Shown: positions 1 through 12,837, numbered from the stretch's first letter. The stretch is DNA of 64,000 nucleotides from Microcoleus sp. (GCA_052279835.1 CP181291.1:1504001-1568000), one strand, 5' to 3'. Translations and numbers: made by a program. The notes: generated by a model from the sequence alone, not told the origin.

Positions 1-5
1 CATCA

Positions 6-37
6 AGTCCGGCAGGGGTTTCAACCCCTGCCGGACT
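6..37. repeat. Palindromic dispersed repeat (REP/MITE-like hairpin)
   Basis: AGTCCGGCAGGGGTT-TC-AACCCCTGCCGGACT, perfect 15-bp stem; followed by TAAGTTGACACCAATG and other repeat-like fragments to about 200. Confidence 0.6.
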
Positions 38-247
38 ATTGGTTGTACCTTAAGTTGACACCAATGGGTAAAAAGGTACTACACAGATTTTGACACGGAT
101 ACACCGATTCAGTTTAGGGCGGGATCTCCGGCCCACCCCACCAAAAAAATTACTCTTTGTGGAACAGGCCCGACAGCCTCAACAGGCAAGAAGTTTGGAC
201 TGCGGTGAGTTTAACCGGACTGGAAAATAAACCAAAAATCGATCGAT

Positions 248-274
248 TTAGCACTCAGCCTCAGAGAGTGCTAA
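248..274 (+). promoter_or_regulatory. CIRCE element (HrcA operator)
   Basis: Exact TTAGCACTC-N9-GAGTGCTAA 30 bp upstream of the groEL start. Confidence 0.97.
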
Positions 275-304
275 ATTTGCTATGTAAGCAAATGGAGACA
301 AAAC

Positions 305-2014
<1,710 letters not shown>

Positions 2015-2045
2015 TTCATCACCAGGGACGCACTATCCACCTAAC

Positions 2046-2106
2046 AAACCCGGTTTCTGGCGCGCCATCAATATCCAATCAGGATATTACCTCCAGAAAC
2101 CGGGTT
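2046..2106. repeat. Pair of AGAAACC(C/G)GGTTTCT palindromic repeats
   Basis: AAACCCGGTTTCT ... AGAAACCGGGTT; same family as the array at 26733-27003. Confidence 0.7.
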
Positions 2107-2490
2107 GTTGCGTCCACAACTGTGAAATAAGAATCTGCGATCGATACCAAGAAAAGGCTTTCCGACCTCTGCCTCTCCATTTTGTATCGCATACATCTTG
2201 TTTAAAAACTTAAAATCTGCTTTAGTATTAAGTTATATTCAAATAAATACAATTTTCTAAAAATTTTTGTATCATTGATTGTTGAGCTAAAAATAGCACC
2301 ATACACCGCAGCAGTACAGTGTTCAAAAATATTTGAGTGAGTTAAACTGATTTCAGATTTCTTTGTCGGAATCCCCACAACACACTTCGGCTACGCAGTC
2401 GTTGGGCAGCACAACTAGCTGTAGTCAGGTTGGTGTAGGAGATCTGACCAAAAATATAAAGCTTAACTTGCAAGCTATCAAAAAATACCC

Positions 2491-5400
2491 ATGCAGGAAG
2501 TTATCAACTGGTTTCAGTCTTTTTTATCTAACTCTGTTGATGCTTTCCTAGAGTGCGATGGACAGCAAAAGTACCTATCTGTTAATCCTATTGCTGCTGC
2601 TTGGATGGGATTGGAACCTGCTGAAATAGTCAACAAAACCAATCAAGATTTATTGAAATTATATCCCAATAGTGCTGCTCTGAAAAACATTATCTCCCAA
2701 ATCGATTCCTGCCTCAAACAAGTATTGATCGCAGGGGAAAAAAAGCTGGCAATTCACGAGGTAACGGAGAGAGACGGCGGGATTAAAATTTATGAGACGA
2801 CTTACACGCCAGTGGTGGATGCTTCTAGCAATCAAATGCGGGTTTTCGGTGTGGGTCGAGATATCACTAGGCACTATCGCTGGCAGCAGCAGAAAAGTCA
2901 ACAGTTACGCCACTCGAATCATTTACTTTGGTTAAACGCTGCTAATAGTCCCCTGGCAATGGTAGGGTGGGATGAAAATTTTCGGATAGTTCAGTGGTCC
3001 AAACGGGCTGAAGACATCTTTGGCTGGACATCTGAGGAGATGATGGGTAGGGAATTCGGCGACTTGGCTTTGGTTTGCGAGCAAGATATCGAGGCTGTAA
3101 GTGCACTCCAACTCGAACTAGCAACCGGTAAAGCCAATACTTCAATTAACCGCAATTATACTAAAAGTGGCAAAGTTATTTGGTGTCACTGGTTCAACTC
3201 TATTATTCGTAGCGGGGATAATTTTACCGTACTTTCTTTGGTGGAAGATATCACCGAACGCAAATTATTAGAAGCCGCACAATCCCAAGCTACTAGACTG
3301 ACAGCAATGGTAGCTGATGTGGGGATTGCTCTCACTAAATACCCTCAAGATATCCTGATGCCCTGCTGTGAGGCAATGGTTCAAAATTTGGATGTCGTCT
3401 CTGCTGAAATTTGGACTTTCAACTCTCAAGAAAATGTCCTGGAAATGCAGGCATCAGCCGGAATTTCTAGCGACCAAGACAATATGGCACGCTTTGTTGA
3501 AGGTAAAATCAATCTGATTGCCCACAGCCAAAAACCTCAAATTGACTGCCAATTTGAGCAGAATAATTTTAAGATTAATTCCCAACAATTAGGGGAAGTA
3601 ATAATTGGAGAGGGTGCGGAATTAGCTACTGTTAATAATTCACAAGTGCGACTTAATTACAGTTCCCAAAAATCTATTATATCTTTTTCTGGCTATCCAT
3701 TGATTGTCGAAGAACGCTTAGTGGGAGTCATGGGAATTGTGAGCGCTCAACCAATGACAGAAGCTTTTCTGGAAACTATAGCATCGGTGGCTGATGTCAT
3801 TGCTTTAGGCATCGAGCGCAAGCGTGCAGAAGCTGAATTAAAATCTGCTAGAACATTCCTCACTTCAGTGGTAGAAAATCTGCCAGTGGGGGTGTTTGCT
3901 AAAGATGCTTCCTCCCTGAGATTTGTGCTGTGGAATAAAGCGGGAGAGACGATCGCAGGTGTTACTTCCGCCGAGGCGATCGGCAAAAATGACTATGATA
4001 TTTATCCGAAAGAACAAGCTGATGTTTCCACAGCTCAAGATCGGGAAATTTTGACTAGCTATCACAACCACTCCCGCGTCACCGAAATAGTCGAAGAACC
4101 CTTTCAAACTCGCCACAAAGGTATGAGAATACTGCACACTAGGAAAGTGCCCATTCTTGACTCGAAAGGCAATCCTCAATACGTTTTGGGCATTACTGAA
4201 GATATTACGGAACGCCGACAGGTAGATGAAAGTGTTCGTCTCTACGACCAAATTGTTGAAAATATGCAAATAGGTTTGTACGTCTACCATTTAGAAAATA
4301 TTGATGATGACAGCACCTTAAGGGCGATCGCCTCCAATCCCGCTGCTACCAAGTTTACAGGATTAGAAATGGCAGATGTTCTGGGAATGACAATCGACGA
4401 GATTTTTCCCAAGTCGCGAGCGAAAAATATTCCCCAAGCATTTGCATCGGTAATTCGTAGCCAAAAAGCCTTAGAAATTGAAGATATTGAGTGCGATGAA
4501 AGCGATCGAGTAACCCGCGCTTTTTCTATAAAAGCTTTTCCCTTACCTAACAATTGCGTCGGCGTAGCCTTTGAAAACATTACCGATCGCAAAACCCTAG
4601 AATTAGAACTAAAGCTAGCCTTGGAACAAACGGAACGTTCCGAACAACTGTTGCGAACAGTCCTTGACAAAAGCAGTGATTGGATTTTTGCCAAAGATCT
4701 AAATTTTCGATGTATTTTAGCAAATAATAGCTTCGCTAAAGGTATTGGTAAAACAGTCGATGAAATTATCGGTCAATCGGATTTAGAACTGCTTATTGAA
4801 GAAGATATAATAATTGACAATGGTGCTGAAACTCTTCAAAATATACGCACAGACGACTTGGCGGTATTGGCTGGTGAAATTATTCATAATCCCTGCGAAC
4901 CAGCCACATTTGCTGATGGCTCGATACATATTTTTGATACCCAAAAAGTACCTCTCCGAGACCAGGAAGGTAATATATTTGCAGTGCTTTCTTTCGCTCA
5001 TGATATTACTGAACGCCATAAATCTGAAGCCGCGTTGCGTAGAAGCGAAGCCAGATTTAGGTCTTTGGTAGCTAATATTCCCGGAGTAGTTTATCGGTGG
5101 TGGTGCGATTTTTCTGTCAGTTTTATTAGCGATGCAGTTTACTTGCTCACTGGTTATCCGGCTGCGGATTTTAGATTGCTTTCCGACAGAGTTTCTCGGA
5201 CTTTTGCCAGCGTTATTTATGCGGAAGATTTGGAGCAAGTTGAAGCCACGATTCGGAGGGGAATAGAAAATAAACAGTCCTACAGTTTGGAATATCGCCT
5301 GCTGGCGGCCGACGGTACGATTAAATGGGTGTGGGATAAAGGTTCTCCTGTATTTGATGAAGATGGAAGCGTTTATTGTTTGGATGGGGTAATTTTTGAT

Positions 5401-6732
5401 ATTAGCGATCGCTACTATGCTCAAGAAGCCCTGCAACAAAAAACTTCTGAGTTAGAAGCTGTTTTTCGCGCTCTACCAGATTTGTACTTCCGACTCAATG
5501 CTGATGGCGTTATCTTGGATTATCTCTCAGGCAATTCATCGGATATTTACATTCCTGTCGAAGATTTTGTTGGCAAAAGAATGTTAGATGTTTTGCCGAT
5601 AAATGTAGCAACCCAATTTGAACAATCTATTATTAAAACCTTAGAGAATAAGACCCCTGTAACCTTAGAATATTCCTTAGATACAACGGAAGAACCACAA
5701 ATTTATGAAGCAAGATTTATGCCTTTTAAGGCCAATCAACTGATTATTATTTCTCGCAACATCACCCTCCGAAAACAAGCTGAATCTAAATTAAGAGATA
5801 AAAATTACGAACTCAAGCAAGCTTTGCATCAACTAGGAAAAACTCAATCTCAACTAATTCAAGCGGAAAAAATGTCGGGCTTGGGACAGTTAGTTGCTGG
5901 GATTGCTCACGAAATTAATAACCCTGTAAGTTTTATTTACGGTAATGTCACCTACGCTCGTGAATATGCCAATAATCTGTTGAAACTCTGTTGTTTGTAC
6001 CAAGAACATTACCCACAACCAGTTTCTAGAATCGCTGATTTTGCGGAAGAAATAGAAGTAGAATTTATGAAAGAAGATTTTCCACATCTGCTTAATTCAA
6101 TTCAAATAGGAGCAGATCGCATCGGGAAAATAGTCTTATCTTTGCGAACTTTTTCGCGTCTAGAAGAATCAGATATTAAACGTGTGGATCTTCATGAAGG
6201 CATTGATAGTGCTTTGTTAATCTTACAACATAAACTCAAAGAAAATGGTAGATCTCGCCCAATTGAAATAGTTAAAGAATATGGCGAACTGCCACTGGTA
6301 CAGTGCTATGCTGGACAGCTAAATCAAGTGTTTATGAATGTTTTAAGTAATGCGATTGATGCTTTAGCAGATGTCAGACATCGGAAGTTGAAAGTGGCTA
6401 GTGGTTCCCCAACGCAAGGGCAAGATGTTCCTGGTGTACCAGTACCTATAACTTCCAACCCATCACCTTGCATTCGGATTCGCACGGAAGTTGTGGAAAG
6501 CAATCGGGTGGCGATCGCAATTTCGGATAATGGTCCAGGAATGGAAGAATCTGTTAAATCTCGGATATTCGATCCATTTTTCACTACTAAACCTGTGGGA
6601 AAAGGTACTGGTTTGGGACTTTCGATCAGTTATCAAATTGTAGTAGAAAGACACTGTGGCTCCCTGCGCTGCATTTCTGCACCGGGAGGAGGGACTGAAT
6701 TGGCGATCGAAATTCCTATTCGACAAAGATAA
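2491..6732 (+). CDS. Multi-PAS/GAF sensor histidine kinase
   Basis: Repeated PAS-PAC ends (DITERK), GAF, H-box AHEINNP, N-box QVFMNVLSNA, DNGPG, FFTTKPVGKGTGLGL. Confidence 0.93.
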   Translation: MQEVINWFQSFLSNSVDAFLECDGQQKYLSVNPIAAAWMGLEPAEIVNKTNQDLLKLYPNSAALKNIISQIDSCLKQVLIAGEKKLAIHEVTERDGGIKIYETTYTPVVDASSNQMRVFGVGRDITRHYRWQQQKSQQLRHSNHLLWLNAANSPLAMVGWDENFRIVQWSKRAEDIFGWTSEEMMGREFGDLALVCEQDIEAVSALQLELATGKANTSINRNYTKSGKVIWCHWFNSIIRSGDNFTVLSLVEDITERKLLEAAQSQATRLTAMVADVGIALTKYPQDILMPCCEAMVQNLDVVSAEIWTFNSQENVLEMQASAGISSDQDNMARFVEGKINLIAHSQKPQIDCQFEQNNFKINSQQLGEVIIGEGAELATVNNSQVRLNYSSQKSIISFSGYPLIVEERLVGVMGIVSAQPMTEAFLETIASVADVIALGIERKRAEAELKSARTFLTSVVENLPVGVFAKDASSLRFVLWNKAGETIAGVTSAEAIGKNDYDIYPKEQADVSTAQDREILTSYHNHSRVTEIVEEPFQTRHKGMRILHTRKVPILDSKGNPQYVLGITEDITERRQVDESVRLYDQIVENMQIGLYVYHLENIDDDSTLRAIASNPAATKFTGLEMADVLGMTIDEIFPKSRAKNIPQAFASVIRSQKALEIEDIECDESDRVTRAFSIKAFPLPNNCVGVAFENITDRKTLELELKLALEQTERSEQLLRTVLDKSSDWIFAKDLNFRCILANNSFAKGIGKTVDEIIGQSDLELLIEEDIIIDNGAETLQNIRTDDLAVLAGEIIHNPCEPATFADGSIHIFDTQKVPLRDQEGNIFAVLSFAHDITERHKSEAALRRSEARFRSLVANIPGVVYRWWCDFSVSFISDAVYLLTGYPAADFRLLSDRVSRTFASVIYAEDLEQVEATIRRGIENKQSYSLEYRLLAADGTIKWVWDKGSPVFDEDGSVYCLDGVIFDISDRYYAQEALQQKTSELEAVFRALPDLYFRLNADGVILDYLSGNSSDIYIPVEDFVGKRMLDVLPINVATQFEQSIIKTLENKTPVTLEYSLDTTEEPQIYEARFMPFKANQLIIISRNITLRKQAESKLRDKNYELKQALHQLGKTQSQLIQAEKMSGLGQLVAGIAHEINNPVSFIYGNVTYAREYANNLLKLCCLYQEHYPQPVSRIADFAEEIEVEFMKEDFPHLLNSIQIGADRIGKIVLSLRTFSRLEESDIKRVDLHEGIDSALLILQHKLKENGRSRPIEIVKEYGELPLVQCYAGQLNQVFMNVLSNAIDALADVRHRKLKVASGSPTQGQDVPGVPVPITSNPSPCIRIRTEVVESNRVAIAISDNGPGMEESVKSRIFDPFFTTKPVGKGTGLGLSISYQIVVERHCGSLRCISAPGGGTELAIEIPIRQR

Positions 6733-6735
6733 TTA

Positions 6736-6833
6736 ATTATTAGTTATTTGTTATTAGTTATTTGTTATTGGTTATTTGTTGTTGGTTATTTGTTATTGGT
6801 TATTTGTTATTTGTTATTCATTGGTTATTCTTA
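6736..6833. repeat. STRR heptamer tandem repeat (TTATTTG/TTATTGG)n
   Basis: Degenerate 7-bp tandem units directly visible. Confidence 0.85.
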
Positions 6834-6889
6834 TTAGGGCATGATATCATATCTAATAAAGATACTAACTAAAACTCGGAAATATCAAC

Positions 6890-8071
6890 ATGGTATACAA
6901 AGGCATAAATACATCTAGTGGTGTTGGCAAACAAATTAAAGATGATGAGGATGATTCCTATGTTGATTATTTTTATGACGATCCGGGGGCTCCGCCGGGA
7001 ACTCTGGACTTAGAACCGGGCGCACCACCTCCCGATATTGTATTAATTGACTATTCCGAAGCAACAGCTACTCGCTCCAAATTGGTAAATCCTCAAGAAG
7101 CTGCTGCGTATTTAGATACAGACTCTGTGTCTTGGGTTGATATGTTGGGATTGGGAAATAAAGAAACTTGGCGACAAATGGGTCAAATATTTAATTTGCA
7201 TCTGATGACCCAAGAAGATGTAGTTAATGTTCCCCAGCGACCGAAGGTAGTAGACTATGAAGACCATCTTTTAATTATTGCATGGATGGTAATGATTCAA
7301 CCTAATTCCTATAATTTTCATAAAGAACAAGTGAGTTTAATTTTGGGTAAACATTACTTGTTAACTGTTCAGGAAGAACCGGACTATGATTGTTTTGACC
7401 CGGTGCGCGATCGCATCCGCAAAGGACAAGGAAGTATTCGCAAGCACGGAGCAGACTATCTGGCCTATACTCTCTTAGATTCGATTATCGATGGATTCTT
7501 CCCAGTATTAGAAGTTTATGGAGAGCTGATTGAAGAATTAGAGGACGAAGTGGTAGTCAAGCCCACCCGTAAAACCCTGGAAAAAATCTATAAAATCCGC
7601 CGAGAATTGCTGACTCTTCGTCGCGCTATTTGGCCACAGCGGGATGCAATTAATGCGCTAATTCGAGATAGTAGTGATTTGATTAGTCCAGAGGTGCGAA
7701 TTTATTTGCGAGACTGTTATGACCACACAGTGCAGGTGATGGATATGGTGGAGACTTATCGAGAATTGGCTTCGGGTTTAATGGATGTTTATCTATCCTC
7801 AGTTGGCAATAAAATGAATGAAATCATGAAACTACTGACAGTGATTTCTAGCATTTTTATTCCCCTAACCTTTGTTGTGGGAGTGTACGGCATGAATTTT
7901 AATACTGAAAAATCGCCCTTGAATATGCCAGAGCTGAATTGGTATTTTGGTTATCCCCTTTGTTGGGGGCTGATGGTGACGATCGCCTCTTCTTTAGTTT
8001 ACTTTTTTTGGCGGCGCGGCTGGTTTGAAAATTTTTCCAGTATTAAAGATGATGGAAATCTAAAATCCTAA
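6890..8071 (+). CDS. corA: Magnesium/cobalt transporter CorA
   Basis: YGMNF signature, MPEL motif, two C-terminal TM helices. Confidence 0.95.
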   Translation: MVYKGINTSSGVGKQIKDDEDDSYVDYFYDDPGAPPGTLDLEPGAPPPDIVLIDYSEATATRSKLVNPQEAAAYLDTDSVSWVDMLGLGNKETWRQMGQIFNLHLMTQEDVVNVPQRPKVVDYEDHLLIIAWMVMIQPNSYNFHKEQVSLILGKHYLLTVQEEPDYDCFDPVRDRIRKGQGSIRKHGADYLAYTLLDSIIDGFFPVLEVYGELIEELEDEVVVKPTRKTLEKIYKIRRELLTLRRAIWPQRDAINALIRDSSDLISPEVRIYLRDCYDHTVQVMDMVETYRELASGLMDVYLSSVGNKMNEIMKLLTVISSIFIPLTFVVGVYGMNFNTEKSPLNMPELNWYFGYPLCWGLMVTIASSLVYFFWRRGWFENFSSIKDDGNLKS

Positions 8072-8104
8072 ATTGATTGACGAACGATCGCGTACAATAA
8101 ATTT

Positions 8105-8548
8105 GGGGAAAAAGTAGGCGCAGGCGGTTGCGGATTAATGAAAGTTAGTCTGAGGAAAGTCCGGGCTCCCGAAAGACCAAACTTGCTGGGTAACGCCCAG
8201 TGCGAGCGATCGTGAGGAGAGTGCCACAGAAAGATACCGCCAATTAGTGATTAGTCAGCAGTGATGGGTCGTTAGTAAGTAACTAAGGACTTGAGACTGG
8301 GAAGCAACAACTAATTTGGTAAGGGTGCAAAGGTGCGGTAAGAGCGCACCAGCAGCATCGAGAGGTGCTGGCTCGGTAAACCCCGGTTGGGAGCAAGGTC
8401 GGAGGAACTATGGTTGGTTTTTTACCAGTTCCGTTTTTGGGTACCGCTTGAGGCGTCTGGTAACAGGCGTCCCAGATAGATAACTGCCCTCGAAAATTGC
8501 TTGCAGTTGAGAGAACAGAACCCGGCTTATGTCCGACTTTTTCCCCCC
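8105..8548 (+). ncRNA. rnpB: RNase P RNA (type A)
   Basis: GAGGAAAGTCCGGGCT, AGTGCCACAGAAA, GGTAAACCCC and ACAGAACCCGGCTTA conserved regions; GGGGAAAAAGT pairs with ACTTTTTCCCC; ends approximate. Confidence 0.96.
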
Positions 8549-8594
8549 CAAAATCCCCAGTAACAGGAAGTGCGGTAACGGACGTAACGGACAT

Positions 8595-8661
8595 GAAACA
8601 ACAAATAACAAATAACAAATAACAAATAACAAATAACAAATAACCAATAACCAATAACAAA
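8595..8661. repeat. STRR heptamer tandem repeat (CAAATAA)n
   Basis: ACAAATA/ACCAATA tandem units between rnpB and rnc. Confidence 0.9.
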
Positions 8662-8667
8662 TTTAAG

Positions 8668-9381
8668 ATGAATATTGTTTATCCATCTCGTCAAAAAGAA
8701 CTTGAAAAATTAGTAGGAAAATTAGGGATATCCCAGAAAAGTTCAATTAAATGGCATCTAGTAGATTTAGCTTTGACTCATTCGAGTGCATCAGCTAAAG
8801 CAAATTACGAACAGTTAGAATTTGTCGGTGATGCTGTGGTGCGGCTGGCGGCATCGGAATTGTTGTTCGATATTTATCCTGATTGTGCAGTAGGGGAATT
8901 TGCGGCGATTCGATCGATCCTGGTGAGCGATCGCATTTTGTCAAAAATTGCTGAAAGTTACGGATTCGATCGCTATTTGATTGTTGCCAGCAGTGCCGCC
9001 AGCGACAAAACAGGGGCGGAAAGCCGACTGGCAGATGCCCTAGAAGCCTTACTGGCTGCCCTTTATTTGAGTACCCATACCTTAGAATTAATTCGCCCTT
9101 GGTTAGACCTTCACTTTCAACGGCTAGCAACGGAAATTCGCAGCGATCCAGCCCGCCAAAACTACAAAGCTGCTCTCCAGGAATTGACTCAAGGTAAATA
9201 CAAAATTTTGCCAAAATATACTGTCAAAGAAACTGGTACAGTCCAGGGTGGTGAGGATCGTTTTACGGCAGAAGTTCGACTTCAGGAAGAGTTACTAGCC
9301 GAGGGGAAAGGTCGATCGATCAAAGCGGCAGAACAAGCTGCGGCTCAGGCTGCTTTTAATAAATTAGTTAATAGTCAGTAG
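8668..9381 (+). CDS. rnc: Ribonuclease III
   Basis: NYEQLEFVGDAV signature, ADALEA, C-terminal dsRBD (GKGRSIKAAEQAAA). Confidence 0.95.
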   Translation: MNIVYPSRQKELEKLVGKLGISQKSSIKWHLVDLALTHSSASAKANYEQLEFVGDAVVRLAASELLFDIYPDCAVGEFAAIRSILVSDRILSKIAESYGFDRYLIVASSAASDKTGAESRLADALEALLAALYLSTHTLELIRPWLDLHFQRLATEIRSDPARQNYKAALQELTQGKYKILPKYTVKETGTVQGGEDRFTAEVRLQEELLAEGKGRSIKAAEQAAAQAAFNKLVNSQ

Positions 9382-9422
9382 TTAATAAAACCGCAGACGA
9401 TATTAGTAATAATTAATAATCC

Positions 9423-10751
9423 ATGAAAATCGGAATAGCTGTCTTGGGTGCCGGCCGCTGGGGAGTCAATCTAATTCGCAACTTTTTAGAACATCCAAAC
9501 AGCGAAGTTTTAGCGATTGTAGACCAAAATCCAGATTCATTGGCAGCAGTCAAAACACTGTTTAATCTTAATGAAAATGTAATTTTAGCTGGTGATTGGG
9601 TTCAAGTGCAGGAATTGCCAGGGCTAGAAGCAGTGGCGATCGCCACTCCCGCCTCTACCCACTATACCCTCACCGCAGCAGCACTCAACAGTGGCTACCA
9701 CGTCTTGGTAGAAAAACCCCTCGCCCTCAATAGCGATGAAGCCCTAGAACTCTGCCAATTAGCCGAAAAAAAGCAGCGCCAACTCTTCGTGGATCACACT
9801 TATCTATTTCATCCAGGAGTCGATAGAGGCCAAGCGATTATTCAACAACATCAACTGGGAAATTTGCGCTACGGTTACGCCCAGCGCACCCATCTCGAAC
9901 CCGTGCGGCACGATGTTGATGCCCTTTGGGATTTAGCGGTTCATGACATTGCTATTTTCAATACCTGGCTGGCACAAACCCCAATTCAAGTAAGGGCGAT
10001 GGGTAGTGTATTTCAGAAGGCAACCCCCCCCTCGCCCTCCCCAAGGGGGGAATTTAGAAGGCAATCTCCCCCTTCCCAAGGGGGGAAATGTCCGCCTGAC
10101 CTTCCCCAAGGGCAACCCCCCCCTGACCCCCCCCAAGGGCAACCCCCCCCTGACCCCCCCCAAGGGCAACCCCCCCCTGACCCCCCCCAAGGGCAACCCC
10201 CCCCTGACCTTCCCCAAGGGCAACCCCCCCCTGACCCCCCCCAAGGGGGGAAATCTCTCCCTGACATCCCCCAAGGGGGGAAATTTCCGCCTGACCTTCC
10301 CCAAAATTCTTTAGAAGGACTAGCAGATTTAGTTTGGGTAACTCTCACCTACCCAGACGGATTTCAAGCATTCATTCACCTGTGCTGGCTAAATCCCGAC
10401 AAACAGCGGCGCTTAACAGTTGTTGGCAGTTTAGGAACTTTGATTTTTGATGAAATGTCGCCAGAAACACCCCTAATTTTACACCGAGGCAATTCAGATG
10501 CTGGGGGTGAAGAAAATAGTTTGGGAAGGGTTCGTGCAGGGGAGCAAACTATCATTAAAAATCGGGAAATATTGACTTTAGAACCAGTGGAACCCCTGCG
10601 TCAAGTGTGCGATCGCTTCCTGCATTGCGTCCAAACCAATACTCCCTGCCCGACCTCTTCCGGCTCCCAGTCCGTTCAATTAATCCGCATTCTTAGCGCT
10701 TTGAGCCAATCCTTAGAACTCGACGGACAACCATTAACTATTAGCCCCTAA
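9423..10751 (+). CDS. Gfo/Idh/MocA family oxidoreductase with in-frame Pro-rich repeat insertion
   Basis: GAGRWG Rossmann motif, HVLVEKP, WDLAVHD; PQGQPPPD repeats inserted. Confidence 0.9.
   Translation: MKIGIAVLGAGRWGVNLIRNFLEHPNSEVLAIVDQNPDSLAAVKTLFNLNENVILAGDWVQVQELPGLEAVAIATPASTHYTLTAAALNSGYHVLVEKPLALNSDEALELCQLAEKKQRQLFVDHTYLFHPGVDRGQAIIQQHQLGNLRYGYAQRTHLEPVRHDVDALWDLAVHDIAIFNTWLAQTPIQVRAMGSVFQKATPPSPSPRGEFRRQSPPSQGGKCPPDLPQGQPPPDPPQGQPPPDPPQGQPPPDPPQGQPPPDLPQGQPPPDPPQGGKSLPDIPQGGKFPPDLPQNSLEGLADLVWVTLTYPDGFQAFIHLCWLNPDKQRRLTVVGSLGTLIFDEMSPETPLILHRGNSDAGGEENSLGRVRAGEQTIIKNREILTLEPVEPLRQVCDRFLHCVQTNTPCPTSSGSQSVQLIRILSALSQSLELDGQPLTISP
10020..10305 (+). repeat. 27/30-bp tandem C/G-rich repeat inside the oxidoreductase gene
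   Basis: Unit CCCCCCTGACCCCCCCCAAGGGCAA tandemly repeated, flanked by CCCCAAGGGGGGAAAT variants. Confidence 0.9.
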
Positions 10752-10760
10752 TTTCCGTCA

Positions 10761-12837
10761 TCAATCAAAACCTTTAAACATGACATTTTCCTTGAGCAAA
10801 TCAGGGTTGTCAACAGCAGCATTTGATTGCTGAGTAACAGGTAAAGAAATTACTACAGTCGCACCTTGATTGATACCCGCACTGTGGATGGTAATACTCC
10901 CTCTCATAGATTCCATGATTTTGCGAGAGATAGCCAAGCCCAAGCCGTTACCACCAAATCGGCGAGTAGTAGAGCCATCAACCATCACAAAAGGCTGAAA
11001 TAATTTTTGCTGTTGTTCAGGCTCGATACCAATTCCCGTATCTTTAATAGTCACTACCACCGATTCGCGATCGTCGCTAACGCTGGGAATATTTTCTCCG
11101 AGATTTCCGTTGAGTGGATCGGGAGTTTTGATTTTGTTAGATTCAAGGTTTATGGATATAGTAATGCTGCCGAATTCGGTAAATTTCACAGCATTGCTCA
11201 AGACGTTTAAAAACACCTGCTTGAGTTTTTCCGGGTCTGCATAAACAGTAATAGGAGGGCGAGCGAGGGGCAAATGTAACTTCAAACCTTTTTCCTTAAT
11301 CGGAATAGCCTGTAATTCAACAGCATCTTCCAAGACCTCATTCAGATCGATTACTTCAAACATCAGCGAGAAGGAACCGGCTTCGATTTTAGCAATATCC
11401 AAAATATCATTAATGATATTTAGTAACTGCATAGCCGAGTCGTGAGCTCGCTGTAAAAAATCCATTTCCTCCTCTCGGTCATCGCAGTAGCCGTCTCGTA
11501 CAATTTGCAGAAAACCAATAATCCCATTGAGCGGGGTTCTCAATTCGTGAGAAATATTGCGCAAAAACTCATCTTTTAACTGATTGGCAACTTTTGCTTC
11601 CTTGGTGGCAACTTCCAATTCGTCGGCCCAGGATTTGAGGCGACCGACCATACTGTTGAGGGCATCTGCTAATTGATTGAATTCGCGAATTTTGAGATTT
11701 TGTGGGACTGCTTGTGGTGCTTCTGTGTCTACTTTTAGGGCGTAGTCTCTGAGTTTTTCCAAAGGACGAGCTAAGTCGCGAGACAAATATAAAGTGGCGA
11801 TGATGCTAGCGCCAATTAAGCCGACAATCAGAATAAATAAAACCTGCTGAATTTCTTCCAAACCCGACAAGGCGTAATCTAAACGGGAGACAGCTAAAAT
11901 AATCCATTTGCTGTTTTCTTTTTTAGTTAAAGGGCTGGGGATAGCAGCGTAGCCGGCGAGCAATTCTACGCCATTTTTTTCAAAGGAAAATAGGTGTAAA
12001 AAAGCTTGTCCTCCGGCGATCGCCCTTTTGAGGAGACTCTTGAGGCGATCGGCATCAGCTTCCTGGTCGATATTGCGTCCTACGCGGTCAATATTGGGGT
12101 GAGCCAAAATGGTTCCATCTTGGTCGATCGCCACCGTATAGCCAGCCAGAGAGCCCTTGGGAGCACTGGTTTGGACTGGCAAGGAGGACTGCAAACTCAG
12201 AGCATAACTCAATTGGCGACTATTGCCACGACGAGTGTAAACGGGGGCACTCAACACCAAACTCACCTGACTTTCCTTCCCCTCTTGGCCCTCCTTGCTG
12301 GAATCGGAAAACTTAGCTGTAGAGGAAAGGGGATTTTTGTCTTTAGTTTTCCCCTGCTGCATATCTGGCCAAGACAGAGTGATGTAGACGCTCTTGTCGT
12401 CTAGTAGAGCCTGTTGCTGCTGTTGCTGCGGCCAAAAATTAGCAGGTGGCGACTTTGACAGAATGGGAAGAGGGCCACAGGTGCTGGCGGTGACTTGATT
12501 TGTCTGCAAATTAGTCAATTGCACGCAATCTACCTGAGTGGGCAACCGTTGCCCTAGCTGCGCGATAAACTTTTGATAATCTTTGGGTTCTACAGACTGT
12601 AGTATGGAGCTTTCCGAAGCTCCGATCAGATTCGATCTGAGTGATTTGGCCCACTGTTCAATAGTTTCTGCTTTTCTGACGGCACTTTCGGTCAGATTTT
12701 GACGTGCTGTTTCCAGAAGCGTCGATCGTGCTTTGCGATAGGTAACATACTCCCCCACCAGTAGAAACGGGTACGCTGAGCAACAAAATCCGCGACAGTA
12801 AAATACGGCGAAAGGAGGATTGACCTAACTTAACCAT
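10761..12837 (-). CDS. Membrane sensor histidine kinase (Cache-HAMP-HisKA-HATPase); +1 frameshift near the 5' end
   Basis: SHELRTPL, NAVKFT, DTGIG, GLGL. ATG at 12837 gives MVKLGQSSFRRILLSRILLLSVPV, which joins LLVGEYVTY if one base of 12765-12767 is removed. Confidence 0.85.

Noticed and set aside
8283..8660. Minus-strand ORFs of 125 and 79 aa
   Set aside because: Antisense to rnpB and an STRR tract; spurious.
9933..10348. Alternative-frame ORFs over the Pro-rich repeat
   Set aside because: By-products of a stop-free tandem repeat.
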